A DNA stretch of 64,000 nt, from assembly GCA_963833135.1 (NCBI GenBank), contig CAWHWW010000010.1, positions 16,822 through 80,821 of the forward strand, read 5' to 3'. Of this stretch, positions 1 to 12,267 are shown one piece after another. Under the pieces are notes generated by a model, which searched no databases, was not told the DNA's origin, and saw nothing but the letters and a program-made list of their open reading frames with translations. Position 1 is the first letter of the stretch, and each line of letters starts with the position of its first letter. Made by a program: the position numbers and the translations under genes. The DNA comes from an uncultured cyanobacterium (lineage in GTDB: Bacteria > Acidobacteriota > Vicinamibacteria > Vicinamibacterales > UBA2999).

Positions 1-856
<856 letters not shown>

Positions 857-859
857 CCG

Positions 860-1201
860 TCACGGCTCCTTGCGCGGGCCGGTATCCACCTTCCCGCTGA
901 GGCTGGCGCCGTCGGCGAGCACGATCTTCGGCGCGGTGATGTCGCCTTCGACCTTCGCGGTCGGTTTCAATTCGACGGTGGCATTGCCGATCACGTTGCC
1001 CTTGACGGTGCCGCTGATGACGACGGCCTTGGCCTCGAGATCCGCCTCGACCATCGCAACGTCGCCAATCGTCAGATTGTTTTCGCCGACCTCGATGGTG
1101 CCGTGCACCTGTCCGTCGATGACGAGATCCTCCGTCGCGACGACCGTCCCCCGGACGACGACCATGCCGCCGATCCACGCTGACCTACGACGTTCCTGCA
1201 T
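860..1201 (-). CDS. bactofilin-like polymer-forming protein
   Basis: Internal ATG at 1201 of ORF 860..1345 (MQERRRSAWIGG...). A repetitive beta-helix pattern follows: VVRGTVVATEDLVIDGQVHGTIEVGENNLTIGDVAMVEADLEAKAVVISGTVKGNVIGNATVELKPTAKVEGDITAPKIVLADGASLSGKV. Reading frame intact. Confidence 0.75.
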   Translation of the reverse strand: MQERRRSAWIGGMVVVRGTVVATEDLVIDGQVHGTIEVGENNLTIGDVAMVEADLEAKAVVISGTVKGNVIGNATVELKPTAKVEGDITAPKIVLADGASLSGKVDTGPRKEP

Positions 1202-1354
1202 CAAATCCCCCGTCAGTTGAAATGCTACGACAACTGACGCGTGAACGCGCGATTCCTTGTGCGATCGATCGGCCGCGCGCACGGCCGGGGCGGCAGCGGC
1301 GCCCCGCGGCCGAGGTTTGACAAACGCAACTAAATGAACGACCATTAATTTCTT

Positions 1355-2026
1355 ATGGCACGCCCCAAGAACGCCGACGGGCAGCGGACCCGCCAGGCCA
1401 TCCTGGACGCGGCGCTCGACCTGTTCGCCGAAAAGGGCTTTTTCGGCACCAGCCTCCGCGACGTCGCCACCGCGGTCGGCGTGCGCGAAAGCGCCCTCTA
1501 CAACTACTTTCCCGGCAAGGACGCGCTGTTCGACGCGCTCCTGTCAGCCCAGCAGGATTCGCAGGGTCGAGCGGCTCGCGCCGCTCGCCGACGGTCCGAT
1601 CGACGACGGCCGGGCGGTGCTGCTGCGGCTGGCCACCGCCACGCTCAGCAGCTACGTCGAACCGCGCGAACAGAAGCTGTTCCGCATCCTGACGTCGGAC
1701 GGCATCCGTCTCGCCAAGAGCGGCCGGCTCAACCTCTACGAGCGCCTGGGCCACAGCCGCGAGCGGCTGCACGACATCCTGCGCCGGCTGATCCGCGACG
1801 GCTGGCTGCGCCGCGCCGACGCCCATGCTGCTGGCGGTCGCGTTCGTCAGCCCGCTGGTCACGTGGCGGCAGCTGCACGCCATCGACGCGGATCTGCCGA
1901 TGATCAAGAACCCGCGCGCCTTCGCGCGGCAGCACGTCGATCAGTTCCTGCTTGGAGCCGCCCGATCCGGATCGCGCCGGCCGCCGCTCTCCACGCCGCA
2001 TCGCCTCCCGGCGCCGACCGTCATGA
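1355..2026 (+). CDS. TetR/AcrR-family transcriptional regulator (frameshifted)
   Basis: N-terminal HTH RTRQAILDAALDLFAEKGFFGTSLRDVATAVGVRESALYNYFPGKDALF. The protein continues in ORFs 1617.. and 1825.. (at least 2 frame changes). The stop is unresolved; it is probably the TGA of the ATGA overlap at 2023-2026. Confidence 0.7.
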
Positions 2027-3226
2027 CCAGATCAGGAGTTCCCGTGTTTCGCTGCCTTCTCTCAATCCTGCTCGCCGCCGTCGCGGCGGGCTGCGGCGCC
2101 AACGCGACCGACGCCGGGTCGATCCGCCGAAGCTGTCGCCGTGAACGTGACGGCGATCACCGCCGCCGAACAGCCGATCACGCGCTTCATCCGCGTCAGC
2201 GGCACGCTGACGCCGCAGGAAGACGCCGAGGTCGCCGCAGAGATCGCCGGCCGCGTCGTCGCGACGCCCGTGGAGCGCGGCAGCGCTGGTCCGCGCCAAC
2301 GACGCGCTGATCCAGATCGCCTCCACCGACGTCGAGGCGCAGGCGCGCGAGGCCGCAGGCCAATGCGGCGCAGATCGAGGCACGGCTCGGTCTTGGCGGC
2401 GGCGCCGCGTTCGATCCCGAGCGCGTGCCCGAGGTCGCCAATGCGAAAGCCGCCTATCAGCTGGCGCGCAACGAGTTCGAGCGGGCCAAGACGGCTCTAC
2501 GACGACAAGCTGCTGTCGCAGTCGGATTTCGATCAGCGCAGCGCGCAGATGGAAGCCACCGAGCGCCAGTACGACGTGGCCAGGAACGGCGCCGCGCAGC
2601 AGTATCAGGCGCTGATGGGCGCACGCGCCCGCGTCACGGTGGCGCAGAAGGCGCTGGCCGACACCGTGGTTCGCGCGCCCTTTGCGGGCGCCGTCGGCGA
2701 GCGCTTCGTGTCCGTCGGCGACTACGTCACGAAAGGCACCAAGGTCGCCTCGGTCGTGCGGATCGATCCCCTGCGTGTCGAGCTCACCGTGCCTGAGCAG
2801 TACGTCGTCGGCGGTCGCCGTCGGCCGTGCCGTCACCTTCGAGGTCGACGCCTACCGAAGGAAACGTTCACCGGCCAGGTCCGATTCGTCTCGCCGTCGG
2901 TGACGGCGACGACGCGGGCGCTGACGCTCGAGGCGATCGTGCCGAACCCAGACGGACGGCTGAAGCCGGGATTCTTCGCGACCGCGCAGATCGAGGAGGC
3001 GGAGAAGCGCCCCGGCATCCTGGTGCCCGCCGCCGCCGTCCGCACCATCGCCGGCACCGCGAGGGTCTTCGTGATCAACGACGATCGCGCCGAAGAACGC
3101 ATCGTGATGACCGGCCAGGCCGTCGGCGATCAGATCGAGATCGCCAGCGGCATCAAGGCCGGCGAACGCGTTGCCACCGGCGGCGTCGATCAGCTGGTCG
3201 ACGGCGTCCGCGTCGTGGCGAGGTAA
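2023..3226 (+). CDS. RND efflux periplasmic adaptor (membrane fusion protein, HlyD family), frameshifted
   Basis: ATG 2023 with lipoprotein signal MTRSGVPVFRCLLSILLAAVAAGC. Motifs VRAPFAGAVGERFVSVGDYV, RIDPLRVELTVPE, ARVFVINDDRAEERIVMTG. Pieces lie in ORFs 1825.., 2141.., 2425.., 2682.. (several frame changes). Confidence 0.8.
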
Positions 3227-3232
3227 CCGGTC

Positions 3233-6200
3233 ATGCAGTGGCTGGCAGCCCTCTGCGTCCGGCGTCCCGTCTTCGCGTGGGTGCTCGTGCTCTCGCTGAC
3301 CGTGGTCGGCCTGTTCGCCTTCGGCCAGCTGGGCGTCGATCGCTTTCCGAACGTCGACGTCCCGACCATTTCGGTCACGACCCGGCTGCCCGGCGCCGCG
3401 CCGGAGCAGATCGAGACCGAGGTCACCGACAAGATCGAGGAATCGGTCAACACCATCAGCGCCATCGACACGCTGAGCTCGACCTCGTCCGAGGGCATCT
3501 CGCAGGTCGTCGTCTCGTTCAAGCTCGAGAAGGACGCCGACATCGCGGCGCAGGAAGTTCGCGATCGCGTCAACCGCGTCATGCCGCAGCTGCCGCGCAC
3601 GGTGCTGCAGCCGACCGTCGAGAAGCTCGATTTCACCGCCGCGCCGGTGATCACGGTGGCGGTGACGGCGGACAAACCGGTGCGCGACATCACCGAGTTC
3701 GCCGATCGCGTCCTCCGCCGCCGGCTCGAAAGCTCCGACGGCGTCGGCCAGGTGGTGGTGATCGGCGGCCGCAAGCGCCAGGTCAACCTGTGGCTCGATC
3801 CCGCACTGCTGCGCGCCCAGCGCTTGTCGGTGAACGACGTGGCGCGCGCGCTGCAATCGCAGAACGCCGACGTGCCCGGCGGCCGCATGGACCAGGGCGG
3901 GCAGACGGTGACGCTGCGCACGCGCGGACGCATCGAGACGATCGACGGTTTCGGCGACGTGGTCCTTCGCGAAGTCGACGGCCACCCGATCCGGCTGCGG
4001 GACGTCGCCCGCGTCGAGGACGGCATGGCCGAGCCGCGAACGCAGGCCAGCGTCAACGGCGACGCCGACGGTGCTGCTGCAGATCCGCAAGCAGTCCGGC
4101 ACCAACACGGTGGAGGTCGCGGCGAACGTGAAACGCCGCCTCGCCGAGCTCGAACCGATCCTGCCGCCCGGCTATCAGCTGCGCATCGTCCGCGACGAAG
4201 CGCAGTTCATCGAGGCCTCGATCGCCAGCGTGCAGGAACACCTGATCGTCGGCTCGATCCTCGCCGCCATCGTCGTCTTCGTGTTCCTCGGCAACTTCCG
4301 CTCCACGATGATCGCGGCCATCGCGATTCCGACCTCGATCGTCGCGACCTTCGCGCTGATCTGGTACATGGGCTTCACGCTCAACATGCTGACCATGCTG
4401 GCGCTGACGCTCTCGGTCGGCATCGTCATCGACGACGCGATCGTGGTGCTCGAGAACATCTATCGGTTCATCGAAGAGAAGGGCATGCCGCCGCTGCAGG
4501 CGGCCGTCGAAGCGACGCAAGGAGATCGGCCTCGCGGTGATGGCCACCACCCTGTCGCTCGTGGCGATCTTCGCGCCGGTGGGCTTCATGAGCGGCATGG
4601 TCGGCCGCTTCATGCAGAGCTTCGGCTTGACGATGGCGTTCGCGGTGCTGGTGTCGCTGTTCGTGAGCTTCACGCTGACGCCGATGATGTCGGCGTACTG
4701 GCTCAAGGCGCTGCCGAAAGACGCCCGAGCACGATTCCAAGCACAACCGGCTGTTCGACCCGCTCGATCGCGGCTACACGCGCCTGCTCGAATGGGCGAT
4801 GGCGCATCGCGGCCTGGTGGCGGTCGCGACCGTGCTGGTGCTGCTGTCGAGCGTGCCGCTGTTCATGATCACCGCCGTGAACTTCACGCCCGAGGACGAT
4901 CAGTCGCAGTTCGACATTTCGTTGCGGGCCCCGGAAGGCACCAGCCTCGCGGCGATGGACGTGCTCGCCAACCGGCTCGGCTGCCGCGGTTCGCAAGATT
5001 CCGGAAGTCGACTTCACGCTCACGACGGTGGCCGGCGACGCGGCCGGCACGCTGAACACGGCGACGATCCTGGTGCGCCTGCATCCCATCGAGGAGCGCG
5101 ATCGCGATCAGTTCGCGGTGATGTCCGAAGTCCGCACCACGCTGCTGCCCGACTACGTGAAGGCCGGCGTCCGAACGGCGGTGTCGCTCGGCGGCGGCCC
5201 GGGCGGCGGTGGCGGCGGCATCCAGTTCATGGTGCAGGGTCCCGACCTGGATCAGCTCGAGAAGTACAGCGAGGCGCTGCTCGACCAAGGCCCGGACGAT
5301 TCCCGGCCTGGTCGACGTCGACACGACTCTCAATGCCGGCAAGCCCGAGATGTCGGTGCTGCTCGATCGCCCGAAGGCCGCCGACCTCGGCGTGCAGGTG
5401 GCGGACGCGGCGGAAGCGCTGCGCCTGCTCGTCGCGGGCGATCAGGTCACGACCTTCAACGAGTCACGGCGAGCAGTACGAGGTTCACCTGCGCGCCGAA
5501 GAGGGCGAGCGCGGCTCGCAAGAAGCAATCGCGGCGCTGCCGGTGCCGTCGTCGCGCCTCGGCATCGTCACGCTCGACAACATTGCGACCTTCGCGGCGA
5601 GCGATTCGCCCGCGACGATCAGCCGCATGGGCCGTCAGCGCCAGGTGACCCTCAACGCCAACATGCTGCCGGGCACGTCACAGGCGACCGCGCAGGAGGC
5701 GATTGCCGCCGCCGCCGCCGAGCTCAACTTCGGCCCCGAGTACCGGGCGGACTTTGCCGGACGCTCGCGGGAGCTGAATCGCACGGCGACGGCGTTCCTG
5801 ACGGCGATCGCGCTGTCGTTCATCTTCATGTACCTGATTCTGGCCGCGCAGTTCGAGTCGTGGCTGCATCCGGTGACGATCCTGCTGTCGCTGCCGCTGA
5901 CGCTGCCGTTCGCGCTGCTCTCGCTCATCATCTTCCAGCAGTCGCTGAACATCTTTTCGGGACTGGGCCTGCTGGTGCTCTTCGGCGTCGTCAAGAAGAA
6001 CTCGATCCTGCAGATCGATCACGCCAACCAGCTGAAGGAACGCGGCATGAACACGCACGACGCGGTCGTCCAGGCGAGCCGCGATCGGCTGCGCCCGATC
6101 CTGATGACGACGCTGGCGTTCGTGGCGGGCATGATCCCGCTGGTCGTCACGACCGGCGTCGGCGCCGCGACCAATCACGCGATCGGCTGGGTCGTGATCG

Positions 6201-6331
6201 GCGGCCAGACGATGGTGCTGCTCGTGACGCTGGTGGTGACGCCGGTCGCGTATTCGCTCTTCGACGAGCTCGCCGTACGAATGCGGCGGCGCTCAGTAAG
6301 TCTTGCGAGCGACCCACTCCCGATAGAGTGA
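3233..6331 (+). CDS. RND efflux permease (AcrB/HAE1-like), frameshifted
   Basis: [105 protein letters not shown]. The protein is spread over ORFs 3233.., 4071.., 4537.., 4799.., 5028.., 5209.. (at least 6 frame changes). Confidence 0.85.
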
Positions 6332-7444
6332 ATCGACGGTGACGTAGCGGCCGTCGTCCTTCGTGATGATGTCCATGCGCAGGAGCGCCGCCAGGGCCGC
6401 TTGAACGGTTGATGTGCCCGGCAATCGATGGCGGGAGCGCACGTCGGCGGACATCAGCTCGCGGCCTTCTTCGATCACGAGCGCGCGAAGCACGGCGCGC
6501 TGCGGCAGCGTCAGCCGCTGCCACGATTCCTCGAACACGGTGTGCTGTTCGCCCAGCAGCCGCGTCAGGGTGACGTGCAGGTCTTCGAGCCCCGCCGGTC
6601 TGTCTTGCCGGCCTCCCTGACGTCGTCCCACGTTTCGTGCGCGAGCCGCTGCACGTCGTAGGGCACGTTGGCGGCGAGATCGACGATCGCCTCGCCGAGC
6701 CCGTCGTCGGGGCGGACGCCGCTGCCGCGGAATCGTTCGTCGATGAAGGCCGCGAAGTCGTCGGGGTTGATCTTTTCGAGGCGCATCACCGGTCCGGCCT
6801 TGTAGAACGGCCGCCGCGGGCCGAGCATGCGCTCCATCAACGACGGCTCGGAACCCGAGAACACATAGCCGACCTGGCGCTGATCCTGGACCGCGGCGCG
6901 GAGCGCGTTTTCGACGGTGCCGCCGTCGAATGCGGTGATCGCCTGGAACTCGTCGAGGGCGATGGCCAGCCGCTGCTTGCGTGCCTGCGCGATCCGCGCC
7001 GGCAGGGCGAACACTTCCGCGGCGACGCGCGCGGTGTCGCGCGCCGAGCGGACGGTCGGGAAGCCGATCGAGAACTTGGTGCGGCCGCTCGGGTCGGCGT
7101 CGAAGCGCAGCTCGGGGTGGATCGCGCCGAGCAGTTCGGAGGTCCAGCCGCTTGAGGCGGCCGGCCGGCGTGTCGGCGGCGATGAGCGCCTGCGCGTAGG
7201 ACTCGAGGAAGCCGATGTAGGAGCTGGACGCGGCGACGGTGACCTCGACGGTCAGGATCTTCTGGCGGGCCAGGCCGCGCATCACGTCGCGGACCAGCGA
7301 CGACTTGCCGTAGCGGCGCGGCGAGATCAGGAAGACCTTCTGGCCGGAGGCGAGGTCGCGGCCGAGCCGCTCGCGCTCGTCCTCGCGGTCGGCGAAGGCC
7401 GCCGCGGTGACGATCTCGCCGTAGACGAAGGGGTTGTCGCCCAT
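6293..7444 (-). CDS. P-loop ATPase (archaeal-type ATPase/DUF234-like) with C-terminal winged-helix-like tail, frameshifted
   Basis: Start at internal ATG 7444 ([27 protein letters not shown]). Walker A-like [13 protein letters not shown]-terminus [25 protein letters not shown]...[15 protein letters not shown]. Middle part lies in ORF 6565..7014. Confidence 0.55.
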   Translation of the reverse strand: MGDNPFVYGEIVTAAAFADREDERERLGRDLASGQKVFLISPRRYGKSSLVRDVMRGLARQKILTVEVTVAASSSYIGFLESYAQALIAADTPAGRLKRLDLRTARRDPPRAALRRRPERPHQVLDRLPDRPLGARHRARRRGSVRPAGADRAGTQAAAGHRPRRVPGDHRIRRRHRRKRAPRRGPGSAPGRLCVLGFRAVVDGAHARPAAAVLQGRTGDAPRKDQPRRLRGLHRRTIPRQRRPPRRRARRGDRRSRRQRALRRAAARARNVGRRQGGRQDRPAGLEDLHVTLTRLLGEQHTVFEESWQRLTLPQRAVLRALVIEEGRELMSADVRSRHRLPGTSTVQAALAALLRMDIITKDDGRYVTVDSLYREWVARKTY

Positions 7445-7505
7445 TACGTTAGTTGACGTAATCATTACGCAATTATACGTAATGGCGTCGCCGACCCAGC
7501 GTAAT
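7443..7505. promoter_or_regulatory. AT-rich divergent promoter region with five ACGTAAT/ATTACG(T/C) half-sites, including palindrome ACGTAAT-C-ATTACGC
   Basis: Read directly: ATTACGT 7443-7449, ACGTAAT 7456-7462, ATTACGC 7464-7470, ACGTAAT 7477-7483, GCGTAAT 7499-7505. It sits between divergent starts 7444 (-) and 7524 (+) and is the only AT-rich patch in this neighbourhood. Confidence 0.3.
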
Positions 7506-7523
7506 ATCGCCACTCACCACTCA

Positions 7524-8974
7524 ATGGCGTTACTCGCAATCGCCCTGATGTACGCCTCGTTCATCGGCATCGGCTGGCTGGCATCGCGGCGGCTGGCGGC
7601 GGCGCGGTGTCGACGCGTTCATGGTCGCCGGGCGGTCGATGCCGCTGTGGCTGGCGACGTTCACCATGACCGCGACGTGGGTGGACGGCGGCTACCTGCT
7701 CGGCACCGCCGAGGGCGTCTACCGGTCGAGCCTGGCGAGCGGTCTGCAGGGCGGCGTCTGCTTCGGCATCAGCCTGATCATCGGCGGCCTGTTCTTCGCG
7801 CGGCGGATGCGCGCGCTCGAGTTCCACACGCTGATCGATCCGTTCGAGGCGCGCTTCGGCGCGAAGTGGGCGGTGGTGCTGGCGATGCCGGCGGTCCTCG
7901 CCGAAATGTTCTGGAGCGCGGAGCTGCTGGTCGCGCTCGGCTCGACCTTCGGCGTCGTCCTCGATCTGGACCTGGCGACCGGCATTGTGATCTCGGCGGC
8001 GGTGGTCACGCTCTACACGATGGCCGGCGGGATGTGGGCGGTCGCCTACACCGACGCGTTCCAGCTGCTGCTGGTCGGCGTCGGCCTCGCCGCGGCGTTG
8101 CCGTATGCGCTGTCGGCGGCCGGCGGCATCAGCCATGCGTGGTCGGTGTTACCAGGCGGCGCCGCAGCCAGGCTGTCGCTGACTCGACCGTGTCGTGGTG
8201 GGACGTCAGCATCATGCTGATGCTCGGCGGCGTGCCGTGGAACTGTTACTTCCAGCGCGTGCTGTCGTGCCGCTCGCCGGGCGCGGCGCAGGCGCACTCG
8301 ATCCTTTCCGGCCTGCATGACGATCGCGCTGACGATTCCGCCGCTGCTGATGGGCCTGGTCGCGTTCGCGTATGCGTGGCCGCCGGCGCTGGCGGATCGT
8401 CTCGCGGCGCAGCCCGCGGATGCGCTGCCGTTGATCTTCCGCTACGTGACGCCGCCGGTGATCGGCCTGCTCGGTCTCGCCGCGATCGTCGGCGCCGTGA
8501 CGTCGAGTTTCTCGTCGTCGATCCTTTCGGCTGGATCGATGTTCGCGTGGAACGTCTACCGCCGCCTGCTCCAGCCCGGACATGTCGGTCCGCGGCCTGA
8601 CGATGGTGATGCGGATCGCGATTGCGCTCCTCGGAGTCGGCGCGGTGTGGATGGCGCTGAAGGTCCAGAGCGTGCAGGCGCTGTGGTTCTTCACGAGCGA
8701 TCTCGTCTTCGTGCTGCTGTTCCCGCAGCTGGTCGCGGCGCTCTTCGACAGCAAGGCGAACCTGATCGGATCGATGGCGGCGTTCAGCGTGTCGCTGATC
8801 CTGCGATTGGGCGGCGGAGAGCCGCTGTTCGGGATTCCGGCGTTGATTCCGTATCCGGAATGGGTGCCGTTCAAGACGATCGCGGCGTCCGCCGGTCATG
8901 ATCCTGCTCCCGGCGGTATCACGTTTGACGCAGGACTACTTACCGGCGCGGCCGCTCAGGGAAGTAGCCAGTAG
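7524..8974 (+). CDS. sodium:solute symporter family transporter (choline-transporter-like), frameshifted
   Basis: MALLAIALMYASFIGIGWLASRR, WLATFTMTATWVDGGYLLGTAEGVY, TLYTMAGGMWAVAYTDAFQLLL, LGGVPWNCYFQRVLS, AIVGAVTSSFSSSILSAGSMF. Pieces lie in ORFs 7434.., 7621.., 8317.., 8582... Confidence 0.75.
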
Positions 8975-9064
8975 CCAGTAGCCGGTAGCCAGAAGCACTC
9001 GTCCTCGGTCTTCCTGGCTTCTGGCTCTGGCACTGGCATCTGGCTACTGGCTACTGGCTACTAC
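8963..9064. repeat. Long imperfect hairpin built from tandem heptamers: (AGTAGCC)n arm and (GGCTACT/GGCTTCT)n arm
   Basis: Read directly: AGTAGCCAGTAGCCAGTAGCCGGTAGCCAGAAGC ... GCTTCTGGCTCTGGCACTGGCATCTGGCTACTGGCTACTGGCTACT. It fills the spacer between convergent stops 8974 (+) and 9061 (-) and is a candidate bidirectional terminator. Confidence 0.7.
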
Positions 9065-11727
9065 TGTGGCGTGTAATGCAGCCACATCTCCGGCGTGATG
9101 TTGTCCCACTCACACATCGGCGGACGCGCCAGCCAGTGCTGGCCCACATCGCCGCCGATCGGCGCGCCCGGCGGCGCCGGTGACGGCGGCACGATGCGCG
9201 CCGACAGGGCGTCGTTCATCGGGCGCTCGAGGAAGCGCTTGATGTCGGCGGCCATCAGCGTGCGATGCGCGCGCTCGCTCTCCGCCTGGGAACCCTGTGC
9301 GGCGGCGCCGCCGTTCGCGGTACGCAGCGCGGGCGGCGAGGCGCTCGAGCTTGAGCGAGGCGATCGCGCGCACCTGCGCATTCGGCGACGCGGCGGCGAG
9401 CCACATCACGCGATCGACCAGCACGCGTTCCTCGGCGCGACGCACTTCCGCTTCGTAGGGCCCGGACGTCGGCTGATCGAACGTCGCCCGGACCAGCCTG
9501 TCGATCACTTCGCCGAGGCCCGGCAGGGACTGATCGACGGCGTTCTGCGTGACCATGCGGGCGGCGCGATCCGGCTGCAGGATGAAGCCGATCGTGACGT
9601 CGGCGGCGATCGACGCCGGGTTCACCGGATCGAAGCCTTCACCGGTCGTGCGCGGGAACAGCTCACGGTGCATGCCGTAGCCTGGCGGCCGCGGCGGCAG
9701 CAGATCGAGGATTCGCTTCGGAATGGTCAGCTCCGACGGCTTCAACGTGGCGGTCAGCGCGTCGATCGCCTTGCGCTGCATCTCGCCGCTGACCCATTCG
9801 AGCGGCGTGCGGTTGTCGCCGCGCATCGCGTAGACGAAGTCCTGTCCGCCGATCGCCGATGCGGTGCTCTCGACCGCGTAGCGGTGATACATGTAGATCG
9901 GCACCAGCGGCTCTTCGATCATCACCGTCGGCACGCCGGTGCGAATGGTGTTGGTGCCGATCCGATCGAGCGCGGCGCGCCGGACCTTCATCAGCCGCGT
10001 CAACTCGTCGGTCTGGTTGGCGCCGTTGGTCCACTGATCGGCCTTCGGATGAATGTCGATGTCCTGGTTCGTGTAGTAGCGGTAAGTCCGCCGGTCCACG
10101 CATCGGCGATGATCTTGTCGAGCGCGGCTTCGTCATTCCCGCGATTCGGGAACTCGCGGTAGCCCCAGTTGATGGCGATCTTGTCCCACTCGCCGATGTT
10201 CTGGTGATAGGCCTTCGAGAGATCGATGGTGCCGTCGGCCTTCAGCTCGGCGAGCGCCGTCGGGTAGTCCATCACCGAGATCCAGCCCTTGCTGCTGTCG
10301 TAGTAGTTGTGGCCGAGACCGAGCGTGTGGCCGACTTCGTGCGCCGACAACTGGCGGATGCGCTGCCAGCGCGGTCTCGTACAGCACCGCCGGCCGCTCG
10401 GTGCCGTTGGTGTAGGGCGAGAGCAGACCCTTCGAAGATCATGTAGTCCTGGCGGTCGCGCAGCGAGCCGAGCGTGACGGTGGCCTTGATGATCTCGCCG
10501 GTGCGCGGATCCGAGACCGAGCCGCCCGAGCTCCAGCCGCGCGTCGAGCGATGGACCCAGTTGATCATGTTGTAGCGGATGTCCATCGGATCGGCGTCCG
10601 TCGGGCAGGATGTCGACCTTGAACGCGTTGCGGAACCCGGCGGCTTCGAACGCCTTGTCCCACCACATCGCGCCTTCGACCAGCGCCTTCTTGACGTCTT
10701 CCGGCGCGCCGGAATCCACCCAGTACTGAATCGGCTTGATCGGTTCGCTCATCGCCGCGCCCGGGTCCTTCTTCTGGAGCCGATGACGACGGATGTAGCG
10801 GAACTGGATCGACTCGGCGATCGGCTGGCTGAAATCGACGAACGTCGCGCCGCCGTAGCCGGCGCGCGGATCGTCGAGCCGCGGCGTGTAACCGGTGATG
10901 TCCGGCAACTCGACGAACGACACGTGCTCGCGCATCGTCACGGCCTCGGGCGACGGCGTCACGCTGCCGACCGATCCGGAGAACAGGCCGCCGCCGAACC
11001 CGCCACCGCCGCCACCACCGCCGGTCGCGCCGATCGGCGCGGGGCCCTGGGTCGGACCGCCACCGCCGCCGCCACCACCGCCGGTCTGCTCGTTGACGAA
11101 CGTCAACGTCATGTCGACTTCGGTGTTCTTCGGGAAGTTGCGCGTGTTGGGCAGGTAGAACGCGCTGCGCGTGCGATCGACGCGGTAGTTGCCGGGCCGC
11201 AGGCTGGACGCCGCATTCACGACATCGCGCAGGAAGAAATCGGTGGCGTCGACGAGGACGCGCCCGGATGATTCAGCCGCGACCGCGAATCCCCAGAGGA
11301 TCGACTTGGCAAACGAGTCCTCGACCGACTTCCTCTCGAGCGGATTCTTGCTGCTCGATCGGAACGACTGGTTCGGCTGCACCAGGAAGACGCGCGGGCC
11401 GACGCGCTGGAACTGCACCAGCCGTCCGCCGCCGCGGCCGGATCCGCGATCGAGACCGATGTCGTTCGAGCCGAGGCCGGCAGACAGCCCGCTCGAAAAC
11501 AGGAAGTCGGTATCGAACCGGGAGATCTCGAGGAACATGCCGCCGGTGCGCTCATCCCAGTAGAGCGGGAAGTAACCGTCGAGCTTCTTCAGGCCCGCCG
11601 TGCGATCTTCGACCGACTGCGGCGCGGCCGGACGCTGTTGCTGCTGCGCGGGTTGCCGGGCTTCGAGCACCGGACCTGCAAGCAGCAGCGTACTGATCAG
11701 TAAAGCAGATTGTTTCAACATGACCAC
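9061..11727 (-). CDS. secreted zinc metalloprotease (DUF4953/DUF5117-type architecture), frameshifted
   Basis: Signal peptide [26 protein letters not shown] in [18 protein letters not shown]. Gly tract [33 protein letters not shown]. Pieces lie in ORFs 10000..11727, 10272..10586, 9110..10099, 9061..9381. Confidence 0.75.
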
Positions 11728-11770
11728 TCCTGGAGAGTGGTCATTCTAACGTTGCGCGGCCGGAGTGCGG

Positions 11771-12267
11771 TCAGCTCTTTCGGCGTTTCGCGGCCGGACG
11801 CGGCTTCGGTCCACCGCCGCCGACGTTGCGGGCCAGCACTGCTTTTCGCTCGAGCCTGGTCGCGGTTCGCTTCGCCGCCGTTTTCGCGACCTTGCCGGTC
11901 TTGGCTTTCCCGCCGGTTTTCTTCGCCGTTCGCGGTCTTGGCCGCCTTGGCTTCGCCGCCTTGGCCTTGCGCGACTTTCGCCGGCGCGGCTTTCCTCGCG
12001 ATGTTCTGCTTCGTCGCACGCGACACCGGCTGCGTCTCTGCGTCCGGCTGCGGTCGTATCCTCGATCGCATTGTCTTCAGACGTCTCCGAATCGCGGTCC
12101 GGTTCGTTTGCCGATCCGAGCCGCGGCATCTGGTCCTTCTTCACCGGCTGCCAGGTGTGCTGCGATCCGATCGAGCGCTGCTCGCGCAGCTCGCGCGCGG
12201 CATCGTCCTGCGTCAGGCGTCCGCGCTGCGTGTACATCCCGGGATTCACTTTGTTCTGTCTGCTCAT
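11771..12267 (-). CDS. small unrecognised protein with Lys/Ala/Arg-rich (histone-H1-like) C-terminal tail, probably frameshifted
   Basis: ATG at 12267 overlaps the upstream stop (ATGA). N-terminus MSRQNKVNPGMYTQRGRLTQDDAARELREQRSIGSQHTWQPVKKDQMPRLG. An alternative frame (ORF 11771..12019) gives KSRKAKAAKPRRPRPRTAKKTGGKAKTGKVAKTAAKR. The end point depends on which frame is real. Confidence 0.4.

Noticed and set aside
2852-4108. 418-aa ORF on the minus strand, and similar long antisense ORFs at 3190..4056 and 4053..4706
   Set aside because: They are antisense to a clearly recognisable RND permease. Composition is Arg/Ala/Gly/Asp-rich with no motifs. This is the usual stop-codon-poor antisense frame of high-GC DNA.
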